A DNA stretch of 26,299 nucleotides, from contig JBBTED010000070.1 in the NCBI GenBank assembly GCA_038042445.1, positions 1 through 26,299 of the forward strand, given 5' to 3'. How positions within the stretch are numbered: the stretch's first letter is position 1; every line of letters begins with the position of its first letter. Below the pieces are notes generated by a model. It saw nothing but the letters and a program-made list of their open reading frames with translations. It was not told where the DNA came from and made no database searches. Source of the DNA: Candidatus Firestoneibacteriota bacterium (lineage in GTDB: Bacteria; Oederibacteriota; D2-FULL-39-29; JBBTED01). Below are positions 9,001 through 18,456 of the stretch, piece by piece. A program made the position numbers and the translations under genes.

Positions 9001-11082
9001 TCTAACATCACCATTAACCGCCTTGAAATTTAAACCAGCAAATTGTTTATGTGCAAAATCAATTTCCCCTTCAAAAAAATATTGATTATTCAGTGAAATA
9101 TCCTTAAGTGTTAAATAATTATCTACAAACAAAATATGTGCTTGAAAAGGAACATTGGATATATCACCAAATCTAAATGCTTTAGAATACATTTGAGCTT
9201 CGAATCTTGGATTATTTATTGCACCGCTCAAAATACCTGATAAATTTAATTTGCTGCTAATACTACCACTTTTTAATAATAAATTTCGTATCTGTAATTT
9301 TCCATTAATCTGCGGCAAAACTTCTTTTTCATATTGACTCTCAAAAATTATATCACCACCTGATTTCTGCGTAAAATGTACATCTATAACAGTTTTTGAA
9401 TCCTCTAATTCTATATCTGAATTGAATTGTAATTTTTGTCCAGCAGAAGCAAAATCTAAATGCAATTTTTTGTTCCCATATTTAAATTTACCAGTCAATT
9501 CTTTCTTTAATGTCCCCCAACCATCAATTGGCACAAATTTACTGTATTCAATATCAAAGTCAGTCATATTCATCTTTCCTGATAAAGTTGGATTTAAAAA
9601 ATCCCCTGCTAATACAAAAGATAGATTTCCATTACCAAATATTTTTCCCTTAGTGATTTTCCCAAGATTTACATCAGTAAACAAACCAGACAAATCAATA
9701 GAATTATTTGACAAAGTAATGGCACCTTTTCCTTCAAAATTACTACCTAAAAATACACCATCGATATTCAATAGTTTCAATGAAGCAACATCATATTTAA
9801 ATATTATGTTTACATTTTGGGCTTCAATTGAAGATACATTAATCTGCCGCATATTAAAATGACCAGAAGCAACAACTCCGCTATTTTCGGTTTTAACCAA
9901 TATATTCATTAAACCATTTCCTGTGACATCCTTTACGGATTCTGGCAAAAACTCTTTAAATTCTGAAAGATTTGGCAAATTCAGGCTTATTCGTATATTA
10001 AATTCAGGAGCTTCAAATGGATTATTAATTTTACCTTTTGCAGTTAATAAAGTATTTTTCCAGAAAATTGATGAATCTGTAATCTCAAGTTCATTATTTT
10101 GAAATAAAGCAACAAATGAAACTTTTTGAAATGGTTCTGCAATATTATTGATTTTTGCACTCACATCTTTAATTTTTAAATCCCCAGACAAAATCTTATT
10201 GTTTTCGAAAATAAAATTTAGTGATGCTTTTCCATCATACAATGCACATTTTTGAATTTTCAAAATATTGTTCTCTGGAAATTGTTTGATTATATAATTC
10301 CCATAATGTGCAAAATCAGCAGAATTAAGATTAAACTTTATCTTGTGCTTAAAATCTTTTAAATTTATATCTCCATTAATATTCACATTGCTTCTTTTGG
10401 CTTCAAAAGTTTTACCGATTACCTCAAACGAAACATTTTTATAATCTTTTATTTTTACTTTCCCATATATATTTTTTATCGTACTTATAAATTTTTTCTC
10501 TGGATCGTGAAACAAAATCTGCCCCCCTGAAATTAATAAATATTTTGGCAATGGAAGATTTTCTATCTGAAAAACTGCGGCAGTTTGTGATTTGTCTTGC
10601 AATTGCACATTTGTAGTTACGCTATTCCCTTTGGTCATTCGACTAAGCGAATCCCCTTCAGGCATAGTCACACCATTCCTTTTAGCCACTGCAAATGTAT
10701 TTGGGTCCAAGAAAAAACTAGGATTGATTAACTGAATTTTTCGTATTGCAGAAAGAATACTTGACTTTGAAAGAAGATCGCTTTTATTTGTAAAACCCTT
10801 TATTGCATCAATTAAATTATATGTTATCTTTATTTTTTTAACTGTAAAAAGCTTGCCTTCTTCTAATTTCTTGAATTTTGCCACTGAAACATCACACAAA
10901 GAAATGCTAAAAAAGATTCCGCCTTCTAAATGACCTATTTTTATTTCACGATTTAAAAGCTCTGATAATGTTTTTTCTACTGGATTTTTAAATTGTCGGA
11001 TTAATACTCCTGATCTCGACACACCAAAAATTGTAAAACTAATAATTACTATTGTTAAAAATATTGCTAAAGTTTTTTTCAT
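6037..11082 (-). CDS. tamB: TamB/AsmA-like intermembrane bridge protein (DUF490-like C-terminus)
   Basis: 1681 aa. N-terminal membrane anchor, LSELLNREIKIGHLEG start, long run of amphipathic beta strands with G..NP motifs, C-terminal LSSEPPLTQQQIASYLAIG..VGKYLTESLYLGY; directly upstream of bamA. Confidence 0.85.
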   Translation of the reverse strand: MKKTLAIFLTIVIISFTIFGVSRSGVLIRQFKNPVEKTLSELLNREIKIGHLEGGIFFSISLCDVSVAKFKKLEEGKLFTVKKIKITYNLIDAIKGFTNKSDLLSKSSILSAIRKIQLINPSFFLDPNTFAVAKRNGVTMPEGDSLSRMTKGNSVTTNVQLQDKSQTAAVFQIENLPLPKYLLISGGQILFHDPEKKFISTIKNIYGKVKIKDYKNVSFEVIGKTFEAKRSNVNINGDINLKDFKHKIKFNLNSADFAHYGNYIIKQFPENNILKIQKCALYDGKASLNFIFENNKILSGDLKIKDVSAKINNIAEPFQKVSFVALFQNNELEITDSSIFWKNTLLTAKGKINNPFEAPEFNIRISLNLPNLSEFKEFLPESVKDVTGNGLMNILVKTENSGVVASGHFNMRQINVSSIEAQNVNIIFKYDVASLKLLNIDGVFLGSNFEGKGAITLSNNSIDLSGLFTDVNLGKITKGKIFGNGNLSFVLAGDFLNPTLSGKMNMTDFDIEYSKFVPIDGWGTLKKELTGKFKYGNKKLHLDFASAGQKLQFNSDIELEDSKTVIDVHFTQKSGGDIIFESQYEKEVLPQINGKLQIRNLLLKSGSISSKLNLSGILSGAINNPRFEAQMYSKAFRFGDISNVPFQAHILFVDNYLTLKDISLNNQYFFEGEIDFAHKQFAGLNFKAVNGDVRLFYPIFGIDENKKFGGVINANLKGQGGFDNPNGYCNFTIDKFNYEGIAITKIESALTCANGTLNLNKFLAIGSKSGKLELSGKLTKYLLQDSTVFKCEVNGNLRKLIAGSVAQSNISSSCEVKENVINGRIFTTNLTLDKKIVDNINIGFEFADNEFKHLILEIGKSIAFSGNIKLGDSPKINGNLNFKNAILHSVPVLNLYSLSGEINGSVKVFGNFPKFNASGELVLTNGNFKTFLYKNILLDFIFYDGHIFDIEKCRITQQKGEIYVKGKADLTLDSLNMSVIPANVELKNIYPEINGSISGDLKFKGNFAEPSLSGSVFVKKFIFKDLIFDSIDGYCELKGKDILVDNIKIKKDKGEARILSASFKNNTFAGVFDFKKIKILGVEFDGGLGIRGKLQDNQNYKFTVSTSNAFKINENLLKNVTLKVERVLSELNLIAPEENAKFSINGKIKFFPKDDFKSSFQIKNVEWDGFVFDKVSAKINRQGDYIYLIDSVFETTNKYQLYLNGYLPVGIKDKKSVKEMNIKIDAKKADISILKFTGWFNDLKGPMDIKLNITGTSAYPVLNGEILIYDGAKIYPAALVREINRFTAKFVIKDNRANIVYLNGDIAKGNFRAEGELILNQIIPAELNLRVITDSNVGMQFNIPGLMENIDNDYMIFSEEKGGLKIFGPVSNPKFSGIAYIHDSRFTYPLKIDEENKDDYAFLEDIFWDITTIAQKNVWYYNVYNEVSVRKGNKLLFYGPGYDINVSGRVEAERGTFTFAQTQFNVIEGVIVIPEAKEAKPVMHIRAETKVKDIKIFIMVGGKEQDFSEFEKVEVKLSSEPPLTQQQIASYLAIGEDWTTKSDKDINQYLQSELASMFIRQGINIGLQTSGVAGVLKKYGGFDTINVRPGAYRSDSSASTTNISGSFNLLEGTEINVGKYLTESLYLGYSLIYQGTGYMGIDDAWKQQMKLEFSLTGRERLKFRLSKDEIYGGFEASLFLH

Positions 11083-11092
11083 TCTCAGCTAT

Positions 11093-11120
11093 ATTATATG
11101 GTATTGATACGAAAAATCAA
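11093..11120 (-). promoter_or_regulatory. Putative promoter for tamB (very short leader)
   Basis: TTGATT (11120-11115), 16-nt spacer, TATAAT (11098-11093), 10 nt before the ATG; no clear SD. Confidence 0.4.
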
Positions 11121-11212
11121 TAAGAAATGATTTTGGCTTTTTATGCAACAATTTAAAAATTAAAAGTATAGCTGGTAGTAAATTGTAAAACCTATCTGTT
11201 CTAATAGTGTCT

Positions 11213-11716
11213 TTATTTATATAAAGTTTTTTCGAGTTCAACTATTCTATCTTCAATCATTTTTTTTGTTTCAACATTTTTCACTATTGTCCCATTATGG
11301 CGTTCATTAAATGATTCTAATATACCTCTATACCCAATTAAAGCATGAAAATTATCTTTTTTGTCATATCTTTCATTCGCTGTTTCAAAGGTACGTTTTT
11401 CAGACAGATAAAACCACTTTGTTGGTGGCTGATAATAAAAATCACCAACAACCTGCCAACCTTCCATTACTGCCTGTTTATAGTCATCTTGCTCCATAAG
11501 TCGTTTATATTCATTTTCATCAATTTTACCTTTTGCTTTTTTCTCATCTAATTCTGTTTTTTTATTTTCAGGATGTAAAAAATATTCGTAATATTTCTCA
11601 CCACGTTTACATTCTGATTTAGCACGATGACGCAATTCAAAATAAATCATTGCATACATTACAATCAAAACACCTATTCCTATACCTATCCATTCAAGCC
11701 ATTTTTTCTTCTGCAC
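11213..11716 (-). CDS. Hypothetical single-pass membrane protein with a helical soluble domain
   Basis: GTG start with SD AGGAGGT (11731-11725); hydrophobic segment WIGIGIGVLIVMYAMIYF; charged helical remainder; own consensus promoter. Confidence 0.8.
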   Translation of the reverse strand: MQKKKWLEWIGIGIGVLIVMYAMIYFELRHRAKSECKRGEKYYEYFLHPENKKTELDEKKAKGKIDENEYKRLMEQDDYKQAVMEGWQVVGDFYYQPPTKWFYLSEKRTFETANERYDKKDNFHALIGYRGILESFNERHNGTIVKNVETKKMIEDRIVELEKTLYK

Positions 11717-11793
11717 TTTTAAATACCTCCTTTTAGTACTTCTCCCTTATCTTATATAGCGAAAAAACAATGTGTCTTGTATTAATTAGTAAA

Positions 11794-11823
11794 ATTATAC
11801 ATAACAAAATTACATACTGTCAA
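11794..11823 (-). promoter_or_regulatory. Consensus sigma70-type promoter
   Basis: Perfect TTGACA (11823-11818), 18-nt spacer, perfect TATAAT (11799-11794), just after the priA stop. Confidence 0.75.
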
Positions 11824-11830
11824 GCCCAAA

Positions 11831-13837
11831 TTATAATACTGTCACTGGATCAATATCTACTGTAATTATTACAGAACCTTTTGATGATTTTCCTATACAT
11901 TTATGCAAAATAGAATTCAATATTTCAACTTTTTCAGTTTTAATTAACAATTGCCACCTATATTTTCTTCTCACTATCTCTATTGGAGCTGGAGCTGGAC
12001 CTAAAACAATTATTTTAGATTTTAACTGATTGATTTCATCTCTTAAATTTTTTGCCAAATCAAGCATTACTTCTTCCACTTTTTTACCATCGCTTCCTCT
12101 TCCAACAATATTTATAAGATGCGAAAATGGTGGATAAAAAAGTTCTCTGCGGACTTCAAGTTCATAATTATAAAAACCTACATAATTGTGTGTTTTTGCA
12201 TTCACTATACTATAATGCTCAGGATTATACGTTTGAACAAGGACTTCACCTGGTTTTTCTCCTCTACCTGCCCTACCTGCAACCTGTGTAATCAGATTGA
12301 AAGTTCGTTCTGCAGACCTGAAATCAGGCAAATTTAGCATTGTATCAGCAGATACAACGCCCACAAGAGTAACATTTGGAAAATCAAGACCTTTTGTAAT
12401 CATTTGTGTGCCAACTAAAATATCTATTTCTTTATTTTTAAAAGCAGTTAATATTCTTTCATGTGATTTCTTTGTGCCTGTAGTATCAGCATCCATTCTT
12501 CCAACTTTTGCATTAGGAAAAAGCGTTTTGATTTCAGCCTCTATTCTTTCTGTGCCAAATCCAAAATGTTTTATATTATGACCATTACATTTTGGACAAA
12601 TATCAGGAACATTCTTTTGATAACCACAATAGTGGCATATAATATTTTTTTTAGTACTATGATATATCAAAGAAACACTGCATCTGGGGCATTTAAACGA
12701 ACTTCCACATTCTGAGCATATCAAAAATGTAGCATAGCCTCTCCGATTAAGAAATAAAATTATCTGCTCACCTTTAGACATCTTTTCTTCTACACTCGTG
12801 ACAAGAGCATTTGAAAATATTCTGCTATTATTAACCCTTTTTTCAAGTTTCATATCAACTATTTTAACTTCAGGCATAGCTCTGCCATAAATCCTCTGTG
12901 AAAGCTTCAACAATTTATATTTCTCATTTGATGTATGATAATAGGACTCCAATGCAGGAGTAGCAGTTCCTAGCACAACAACTGCATTTGATAATTTCGC
13001 ACGCATTATTGCTACTTCTCTGGCATGATATCGTGGATCATCTTCCTGTTTATATGAAGTTTCATGTTCTTCATCAATAATTATCAACCCTAAATTTCTA
13101 ACAGGAGCAAAAATTGCTGATCTTGCCCCAATAATTATTTTTGCTCTTCCTGTTTGTATTTTATGTAATTCCATTGCTCTTTCTTTTATAGAAAGATGGC
13201 TATGTAAAATTGCCAAATCATCAGGAAATCTATGCAAAAACCGTTCAACTGTCTGCGGAGTTAAAGCTATTTCTGGAATTAAAACTATAGCCTCTTTACC
13301 TAATTTTAATGTCTCTTTTATTGCCCTTAAATAAACTTCTGTTTTTCCACTACCTGTAACTCCAAAAAGAAGTAATGTTTCAAATTTACTTTCTTTTGTA
13401 AATTTACATATTTCAGAAAATGCTGTTTCCTGTTCTTTAGTTAATAAAAATCCCTCCTCATCAACTAATTTTTCTTTTTTAAATTCATTCTTTTCAATAT
13501 CTGGTGCAAATTTACTTGGAATTTTTTTTAGTAATATTGCAGATTTTATTGCTTCACCCCACGAACAAAAATAATATTCAGACATCCATTTTGTCAAATC
13601 AAATAGATTTTTATTCACAATAAAAACGTCAGGCAAAATAGTCTTAATATTTTTTATACTGGTAATTCGAGGATTAAGCAAAACAGGAAAATCTATGATA
13701 TACCCAATATATTCACGTTTTCCAAATGGAACAACAACAGACTGACCAATTTTAATTTTTAATGTTTGATCATCGGGGACAGCATACGTAAAAAGTCTAT
13801 CTATAGGTAAAGGTAATGCTACATTTACATATAGCAT
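11831..13837 (-). CDS. priA: Primosomal protein N' (replication restart helicase)
   Basis: N-terminal FTY..VVVPFG; GVTGSGKTEVY; LIPEIALTPQ; IIDEEHE.SYKQ; FLNRRGY followed by four CxxC pairs; QVAGRAGR; C-terminal VDIDP. Confidence 0.97.
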   Translation of the reverse strand: MLYVNVALPLPIDRLFTYAVPDDQTLKIKIGQSVVVPFGKREYIGYIIDFPVLLNPRITSIKNIKTILPDVFIVNKNLFDLTKWMSEYYFCSWGEAIKSAILLKKIPSKFAPDIEKNEFKKEKLVDEEGFLLTKEQETAFSEICKFTKESKFETLLLFGVTGSGKTEVYLRAIKETLKLGKEAIVLIPEIALTPQTVERFLHRFPDDLAILHSHLSIKERAMELHKIQTGRAKIIIGARSAIFAPVRNLGLIIIDEEHETSYKQEDDPRYHAREVAIMRAKLSNAVVVLGTATPALESYYHTSNEKYKLLKLSQRIYGRAMPEVKIVDMKLEKRVNNSRIFSNALVTSVEEKMSKGEQIILFLNRRGYATFLICSECGSSFKCPRCSVSLIYHSTKKNIICHYCGYQKNVPDICPKCNGHNIKHFGFGTERIEAEIKTLFPNAKVGRMDADTTGTKKSHERILTAFKNKEIDILVGTQMITKGLDFPNVTLVGVVSADTMLNLPDFRSAERTFNLITQVAGRAGRGEKPGEVLVQTYNPEHYSIVNAKTHNYVGFYNYELEVRRELFYPPFSHLINIVGRGSDGKKVEEVMLDLAKNLRDEINQLKSKIIVLGPAPAPIEIVRRKYRWQLLIKTEKVEILNSILHKCIGKSSKGSVIITVDIDPVTVL

Positions 13838-13847
13838 AATTACTGAA

Positions 13848-14057
13848 TTATTTTACTTCTTTCGCAGATGGATCTGTATATTTAATTTTTCCAGCCAAAA
13901 TTTCTTCAAGTGCTATATTTATAGTTTTTCTATATGGAGATTCCATTTTTTTTTGGCTTCCAGTATTTAACTGACGAGCTCTTTTCGAAGCAATAATCAC
14001 CATTTTATATTTATTCTCAATTTTGTCCAACAATTTTTCTAAATACATATAATTCAT
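13848..14057 (-). CDS. rpoZ: RNA polymerase omega subunit
   Basis: NKYKMVIIASKRARQL...IALEEILAGKI; follows gmk; SD GGAGGT. Confidence 0.93.
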   Translation of the reverse strand: MNYMYLEKLLDKIENKYKMVIIASKRARQLNTGSQKKMESPYRKTINIALEEILAGKIKYTDPSAKEVK

Positions 14058-14093
14058 TTATACCTCCACTTTCAAATTCCCTATTCCCCTTTA

Positions 14094-14717
14094 TTAAAGG
14101 GGATCAAGGGATATTAGCACCCTGCATCTCTCTGCAATAATTATTGACTGCATTTTTTGGACAGCATCAACAATTTTATCATTTATAACTAAATAATTGT
14201 ATTTTGTCAAATTCTTATATTCAGTCACTGCCGTTTTTAATCTTAATATTATATCTTCTTTAGTATTTGCACACCTTTTTCTTAAACGTTTTTTTAATTC
14301 ATTAAATGATGGTGGAATAACAAATATCAATATGGCGTCAGGATAAACTTTTCTAATAGATTTTGCACCCTGAACATCAATTGTAAGAATTACATCTTTA
14401 CCATTTTTAATGTGTTTTTCAACAAACCTTTTAGGAGTACCATAAAAATCCCTATGAACCTTTGCCCATTCCAACAATTCATTTTTTAATATTTTTCTTT
14501 TAAAACACAATTCTGATACAAAACAGTAATCTTTACCACTAACTTCATCACTTCTTTTTGAACGAGTAGTTACAGATATTGAACGTATTAAATTTTTATC
14601 AGTTTTAAGTAACTCTTGGACAAGAGTTGTCTTGCCTGCCCCTGAGGGTGCTGATACAACAATTACTAAACCTTTTCTATGCTTTGTCAATCTATTCAAT
14701 GTTTTGAACCTGCTCAC
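14094..14717 (-). CDS. gmk: Guanylate kinase
   Basis: SAPSGAGKTT P-loop, SISVTTR, EWAKVH..YGTP, IDVQGA and YLVIND motifs. The true start may be the TTG at 14690, just after the yicC stop. Confidence 0.96.
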   Translation of the reverse strand: MSRFKTLNRLTKHRKGLVIVVSAPSGAGKTTLVQELLKTDKNLIRSISVTTRSKRSDEVSGKDYCFVSELCFKRKILKNELLEWAKVHRDFYGTPKRFVEKHIKNGKDVILTIDVQGAKSIRKVYPDAILIFVIPPSFNELKKRLRKRCANTKEDIILRLKTAVTEYKNLTKYNYLVINDKIVDAVQKMQSIIIAERCRVLISLDPL

Positions 14718-15555
14718 GTACTTTTTCTAACTCTGTTTTAATAGTAACAACATATTGGGATATTTCTAAATTATTCACTTTAGAAGCAATTGTATTTGCT
14801 TCTCTATTAATTTCCTGTAAAATGAAATCCAATTTCTTACCAATAATCTTTTCTTTATCTATTGTTTGCCTGAAATATTTTAGATGTGCATTGAGTCGTA
14901 CAAGTTCTTCTGTAAAATCATATCGTTGTATCAAATTCATAATTTCACTTTTAACAGATGTATCACCTGTCTTTAAAATTTCTTTTACTTTCGCTTCTAA
15001 TCTTTTTTTATGTCCATTGATTATATCAGGTGCTTTTAGTGATATATTATTCACAAGTTTTCTAATCGATTCAATTCTTTTTGAAATATCCTGATAAAGA
15101 ACTGCGCCTTCTTTTTTTTTCATATCAATAAGCTTAAGAAGTGATTCTTCTACAGTATGTTTAACAATTTTCCAATATGACTCTATATTATATTTTCTTT
15201 CTACAGACAGTAATACCTCTGGAATGTTTAGAAACATATCAAGTGTAATTTCACCATGAATATTCAATTGTTTTTGTAAACTTTTAAATGCTTCAAGGTA
15301 TTTATATGCTAATTTGTTATTTACAATAACATCGGAATCTTTTCTATTTTCTGCTGAATTCAAAAATATTTCCACTCTACCTCGTGTAATTTTATCCTGC
15401 ACCAATTTCTTTATTTTGGACTCATACGAAATAAATTTTGAAGGAATTTTTACTGCTATTTCTAAAAATTTATGGTTTATAGATTTGCTTTCTACAACAA
15501 CTTGAATGTTATCCTCACGAACCTGTGCTCTCCCATATCCTGTCATACTAATCAT
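14692..15555 (-). CDS. yicC: YicC/YloC family endoribonuclease
   Basis: SMTGYGR, KSINHKFLE, RGRV, EELVRL..H, GKKLDFILQEINREANTIASK and EKVREQVQNIE motifs. Confidence 0.95.
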   Translation of the reverse strand: MISMTGYGRAQVREDNIQVVVESKSINHKFLEIAVKIPSKFISYESKIKKLVQDKITRGRVEIFLNSAENRKDSDVIVNNKLAYKYLEAFKSLQKQLNIHGEITLDMFLNIPEVLLSVERKYNIESYWKIVKHTVEESLLKLIDMKKKEGAVLYQDISKRIESIRKLVNNISLKAPDIINGHKKRLEAKVKEILKTGDTSVKSEIMNLIQRYDFTEELVRLNAHLKYFRQTIDKEKIIGKKLDFILQEINREANTIASKVNNLEISQYVVTIKTELEKVREQVQNIE

Positions 15556-16142
15556 TATCTGCTCCCTGGTTTTGAAATTGGAATATTTTTTTTACATAGG
15601 GGACATTTTTCTGAAACATAAGTTTCTGCCTTAATATTTGCTAATGCAAATTTTGGTATTCCAAAATCAATTGTATCTTTACTTCTATCAACAAGTAATC
15701 CAATACCTACAATTTCCGGGTCAAAATCTTTAATAGCATCAATAACTTCACGAACCGAACCACCAGTTGTCAAAACATCCTCAACTATTAAAACTTTTTC
15801 TCTCTTTTGTATTTTAAAACCTCTTCTTAATGCCATTTTTCCTTCATGCCTCTCGGTAAAAATATTCCTTATTTCTCTTCCAGAAATATTACTTAAAGAA
15901 CGTGCAACAGCATAAGATAACATTATACCACCTGTTGCCGGACCTATAACAACATCTACCTGCTTATCACTAAACTTTTCTGCAATTTCATCACAAAACA
16001 AAGTAGTATAACGTGGATGCTGTAAAACCTGAAACTTTTCAAAATAAACAGGACTATGTAATCCTGAAGTAAGTTTGAAATGGCCATTTAAAAGCGCACC
16101 ACATTTTACAAATATATCAATTGCTTCTTTTTCTGTAATCAT
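15555..16142 (-). CDS. pyrE: Orotate phosphoribosyltransferase
   Basis: GHFKLTSGLHSPVY, PRPP-binding VLIVEDVLTTGGS, C-terminal CPLC..KPGSR. Start reassigned to the ATG at 16142 (MITEKE) behind SD GAGGAG. Confidence 0.95.
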   Translation of the reverse strand: MITEKEAIDIFVKCGALLNGHFKLTSGLHSPVYFEKFQVLQHPRYTTLFCDEIAEKFSDKQVDVVIGPATGGIMLSYAVARSLSNISGREIRNIFTERHEGKMALRRGFKIQKREKVLIVEDVLTTGGSVREVIDAIKDFDPEIVGIGLLVDRSKDTIDFGIPKFALANIKAETYVSEKCPLCKKNIPISKPGSR

Positions 16143-16155
16143 ATTCACTCCTCTC

Positions 16156-16200
16156 TCATTCCCGCATGTAGTAAGCAGGAATGACACGTATTTACGTGTC
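16156..16200 (-). repeat. Two abutting hairpins between uxs and pyrE
   Basis: Minus strand: GACACGTA-AA-TACGTGTC (16200-16183, perfect 8 bp) overlaps TCATTCCTGC-N9-GCGGGAATGA (16184-16156, 10 bp with one G-U). Confidence 0.7.
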
Positions 16201-16202
16201 CA

Positions 16203-17159
16203 CTAAAGATTTGCGTTTTTCGTTTTTAGTTTCTCTTGAAACCAGCTTATTGTGTATTTTAGTCCTTCTTCTAATGTAATTTGAGGCTGCCACCCTAGCA
16301 TTTTTTTTGCCCGACTTATATCAGGTTTTCTCTGTTTTGGGTCATCTTGTGGTAAATCCTTAAATACAATTTCACTTTTGCTGTTTGTTAATTTTTTAAT
16401 CGCTTTTGCAAATTCCAATATCGTCATTTCAGTTGGATTGCCCAAATTTACAGGCTCATGTGAATTTGAAATCAACAATTTATAAATTCCATCAACTAAA
16501 TCGGAAACATAACAAAAACTTCTTGTCTGTGTCCCATTTCCATAAACTGTAATACTTTCTCCTTTTAATGCCTGATATATAAAATTTGGAACAACTCTTC
16601 CATCTTGTAATTGCATCTTTGGACCGAATGTATTAAATATCCGAACTATCTTGGTATCTAATTTATATACTCTATAGTATGCCATTGTAATTGCCTCTGC
16701 AAACCGTTTTGCTTCATCATAGACTGACCTTATACCAATTGGGTTTACATTTCCCCAATATGCTTCATTCTGAGGATGAACTAATGGATCTCCATACACT
16801 TCAGATGTTGATGCAATTATAAAAACTGCATTTTTGTCTTTTGTAAGATTTAAAGTATTATATACACCAATTGAACCAACTTTAAGTGTCTCAATCGGAA
16901 ACTTAAGATAATCAACTGGGCTTGCAGGTGATGCAAAATCTAAAATATAATCAATCTTGCCAGTTATTTTTATTGGTTCGGAAATATCATGCTCAACAAA
17001 TTTAAAATGTTTGCTCTTTTTTATTAGATGTTCAATATTTTCTATCTTACCTGTTAGTAAATTATCAATACATACAACAGATATATCTTTTGATAACAAA
17101 TACTCACAAAGATGTGAACCTATAAATCCTGCTCCCCCTGCTACTACTGCTCTTTTCAT
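16203..17159 (-). CDS. uxs: UDP-glucuronate decarboxylase (UDP-xylose synthase), extended SDR
   Basis: [49 protein letters not shown] and [10 protein letters not shown] motifs. Confidence 0.92.
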   Translation of the reverse strand: MKRAVVAGGAGFIGSHLCEYLLSKDISVVCIDNLLTGKIENIEHLIKKSKHFKFVEHDISEPIKITGKIDYILDFASPASPVDYLKFPIETLKVGSIGVYNTLNLTKDKNAVFIIASTSEVYGDPLVHPQNEAYWGNVNPIGIRSVYDEAKRFAEAITMAYYRVYKLDTKIVRIFNTFGPKMQLQDGRVVPNFIYQALKGESITVYGNGTQTRSFCYVSDLVDGIYKLLISNSHEPVNLGNPTEMTILEFAKAIKKLTNSKSEIVFKDLPQDDPKQRKPDISRAKKMLGWQPQITLEEGLKYTISWFQEKLKTKNANL

Positions 17160-17163
17160 ATTT

Positions 17164-18456
17164 CTAACTCCTGCCTACACTTTTATATATAAATCCAATC
17201 TCATTCATAAGTTTAGGTTCATATATATTTCTGGCATCAATTAATATCGGTGTTTTTAAAAGCTTCTTTATCTTTTTCAAATCCAATTTTTTAAACTCAT
17301 CCCAATCAGTAAGAACAACTAAAGCATGGCTATCTTTAGCAACTTCATACGGATTTTTGCAATACTGAAATTTTGGAGCATCTATTTTTGCTTTTTCCAT
17401 AGCTTTTGGGTCATACGCCTTTATATGAGCTCCAAGATCAAATAATTTCTTTGCAATTTCTATTGCTGGAGAACCTCTTGTGTCATCAGTATTTGGCTTA
17501 AATGAAAGACCTAAAACACCAATAACCTTTCCTTTCGCTATCCACAAAGCATCCTGTATTTTTTTTACAATAAAATTCCTTTGTTCCAAATTAATCTTCG
17601 CAGTATCTTTAAGCAAACTAAAATCATATTCTAATTTTTCTGCTATTTTTATAAATGCAGAAACATCTTTCGGAAAACATGCTCCACCAAATCCAGGACC
17701 AGCATCAAGAAACGCTCTTCCTATTCTTTTATCATAACCCATTCCATTGGCAATTTGTTTCACATCTGCACCAACTTTTTCACATATAACAGAAAGTGCA
17801 TTTATAAAGGAAATTTTTGTTGCAAGAAAAGAATTAGCTGCATGTTTTATCAATTCAGCAGTAGCAATATTAGTTACAAGTTTAGGAGCATCTAAGGGTT
17901 TATAAAGCTCTAAAAGCAACTTTTTCGCTTTTTCTGATTCTACACCAATAACTATTCTATCTGGATTTAAAAAATCATATATTGCAGTTCCTTCACGCAA
18001 AAATTCCGGATTTGATGCAACATCAAACTCAATATTTGCATTATTGTAAAGTTTAACTGTATGCTTTATCCACTCTCCTGTATTAACAGGCACAGTGCTT
18101 TTTCCAACAATTAACTTATAACCCCGCATTTCACGGGCAATAACTCGTGCAACATTTTCAACTGCTGATAAATCTGAGTCGCCATCTCCAGTTGGAGGAG
18201 TGCCAACACATATAAAAACCACATCAGTGTCTTTAATTCCATCTTTAATTGACGTAGTAAACTTAATCCTGCCTGATTTTTTGTTTTGTTTTACTAATTC
18301 CTCAAGTCCTGGTTCAAAAATTGGTATTATGCCTTTGTTTAACTTTTGTATCTTATCTCTATCATTATCAATACAAAACACTTTGCTTCCAAGCTTCGCA
18401 AAGCAAGCTGCAGTAACAAGGCCAACATATCCTGCACCTATTACAGCAATATTCAT
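17164..18456 (-). CDS. ugd: UDP-glucose 6-dehydrogenase
   Basis: [42 protein letters not shown], catalytic [18 protein letters not shown] motifs. Confidence 0.95.
   Translation of the reverse strand: MNIAVIGAGYVGLVTAACFAKLGSKVFCIDNDRDKIQKLNKGIIPIFEPGLEELVKQNKKSGRIKFTTSIKDGIKDTDVVFICVGTPPTGDGDSDLSAVENVARVIAREMRGYKLIVGKSTVPVNTGEWIKHTVKLYNNANIEFDVASNPEFLREGTAIYDFLNPDRIVIGVESEKAKKLLLELYKPLDAPKLVTNIATAELIKHAANSFLATKISFINALSVICEKVGADVKQIANGMGYDKRIGRAFLDAGPGFGGACFPKDVSAFIKIAEKLEYDFSLLKDTAKINLEQRNFIVKKIQDALWIAKGKVIGVLGLSFKPNTDDTRGSPAIEIAKKLFDLGAHIKAYDPKAMEKAKIDAPKFQYCKNPYEVAKDSHALVVLTDWDEFKKLDLKKIKKLLKTPILIDARNIYEPKLMNEIGFIYKSVGRS

Noticed and set aside
15112..15120. A9 tract in yicC as a phase-variation site
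   Set aside because: It is in frame (Lys-Lys-Lys) in an intact housekeeping gene and is expected in an AT-rich genome.
16143..16187. Extended pyrE N-terminus (MSFLLTTCGNERGVN) from the ORF track
   Set aside because: It translates the hairpin. The ATG at 16142 has a well-placed SD and matches the normal PyrE start.
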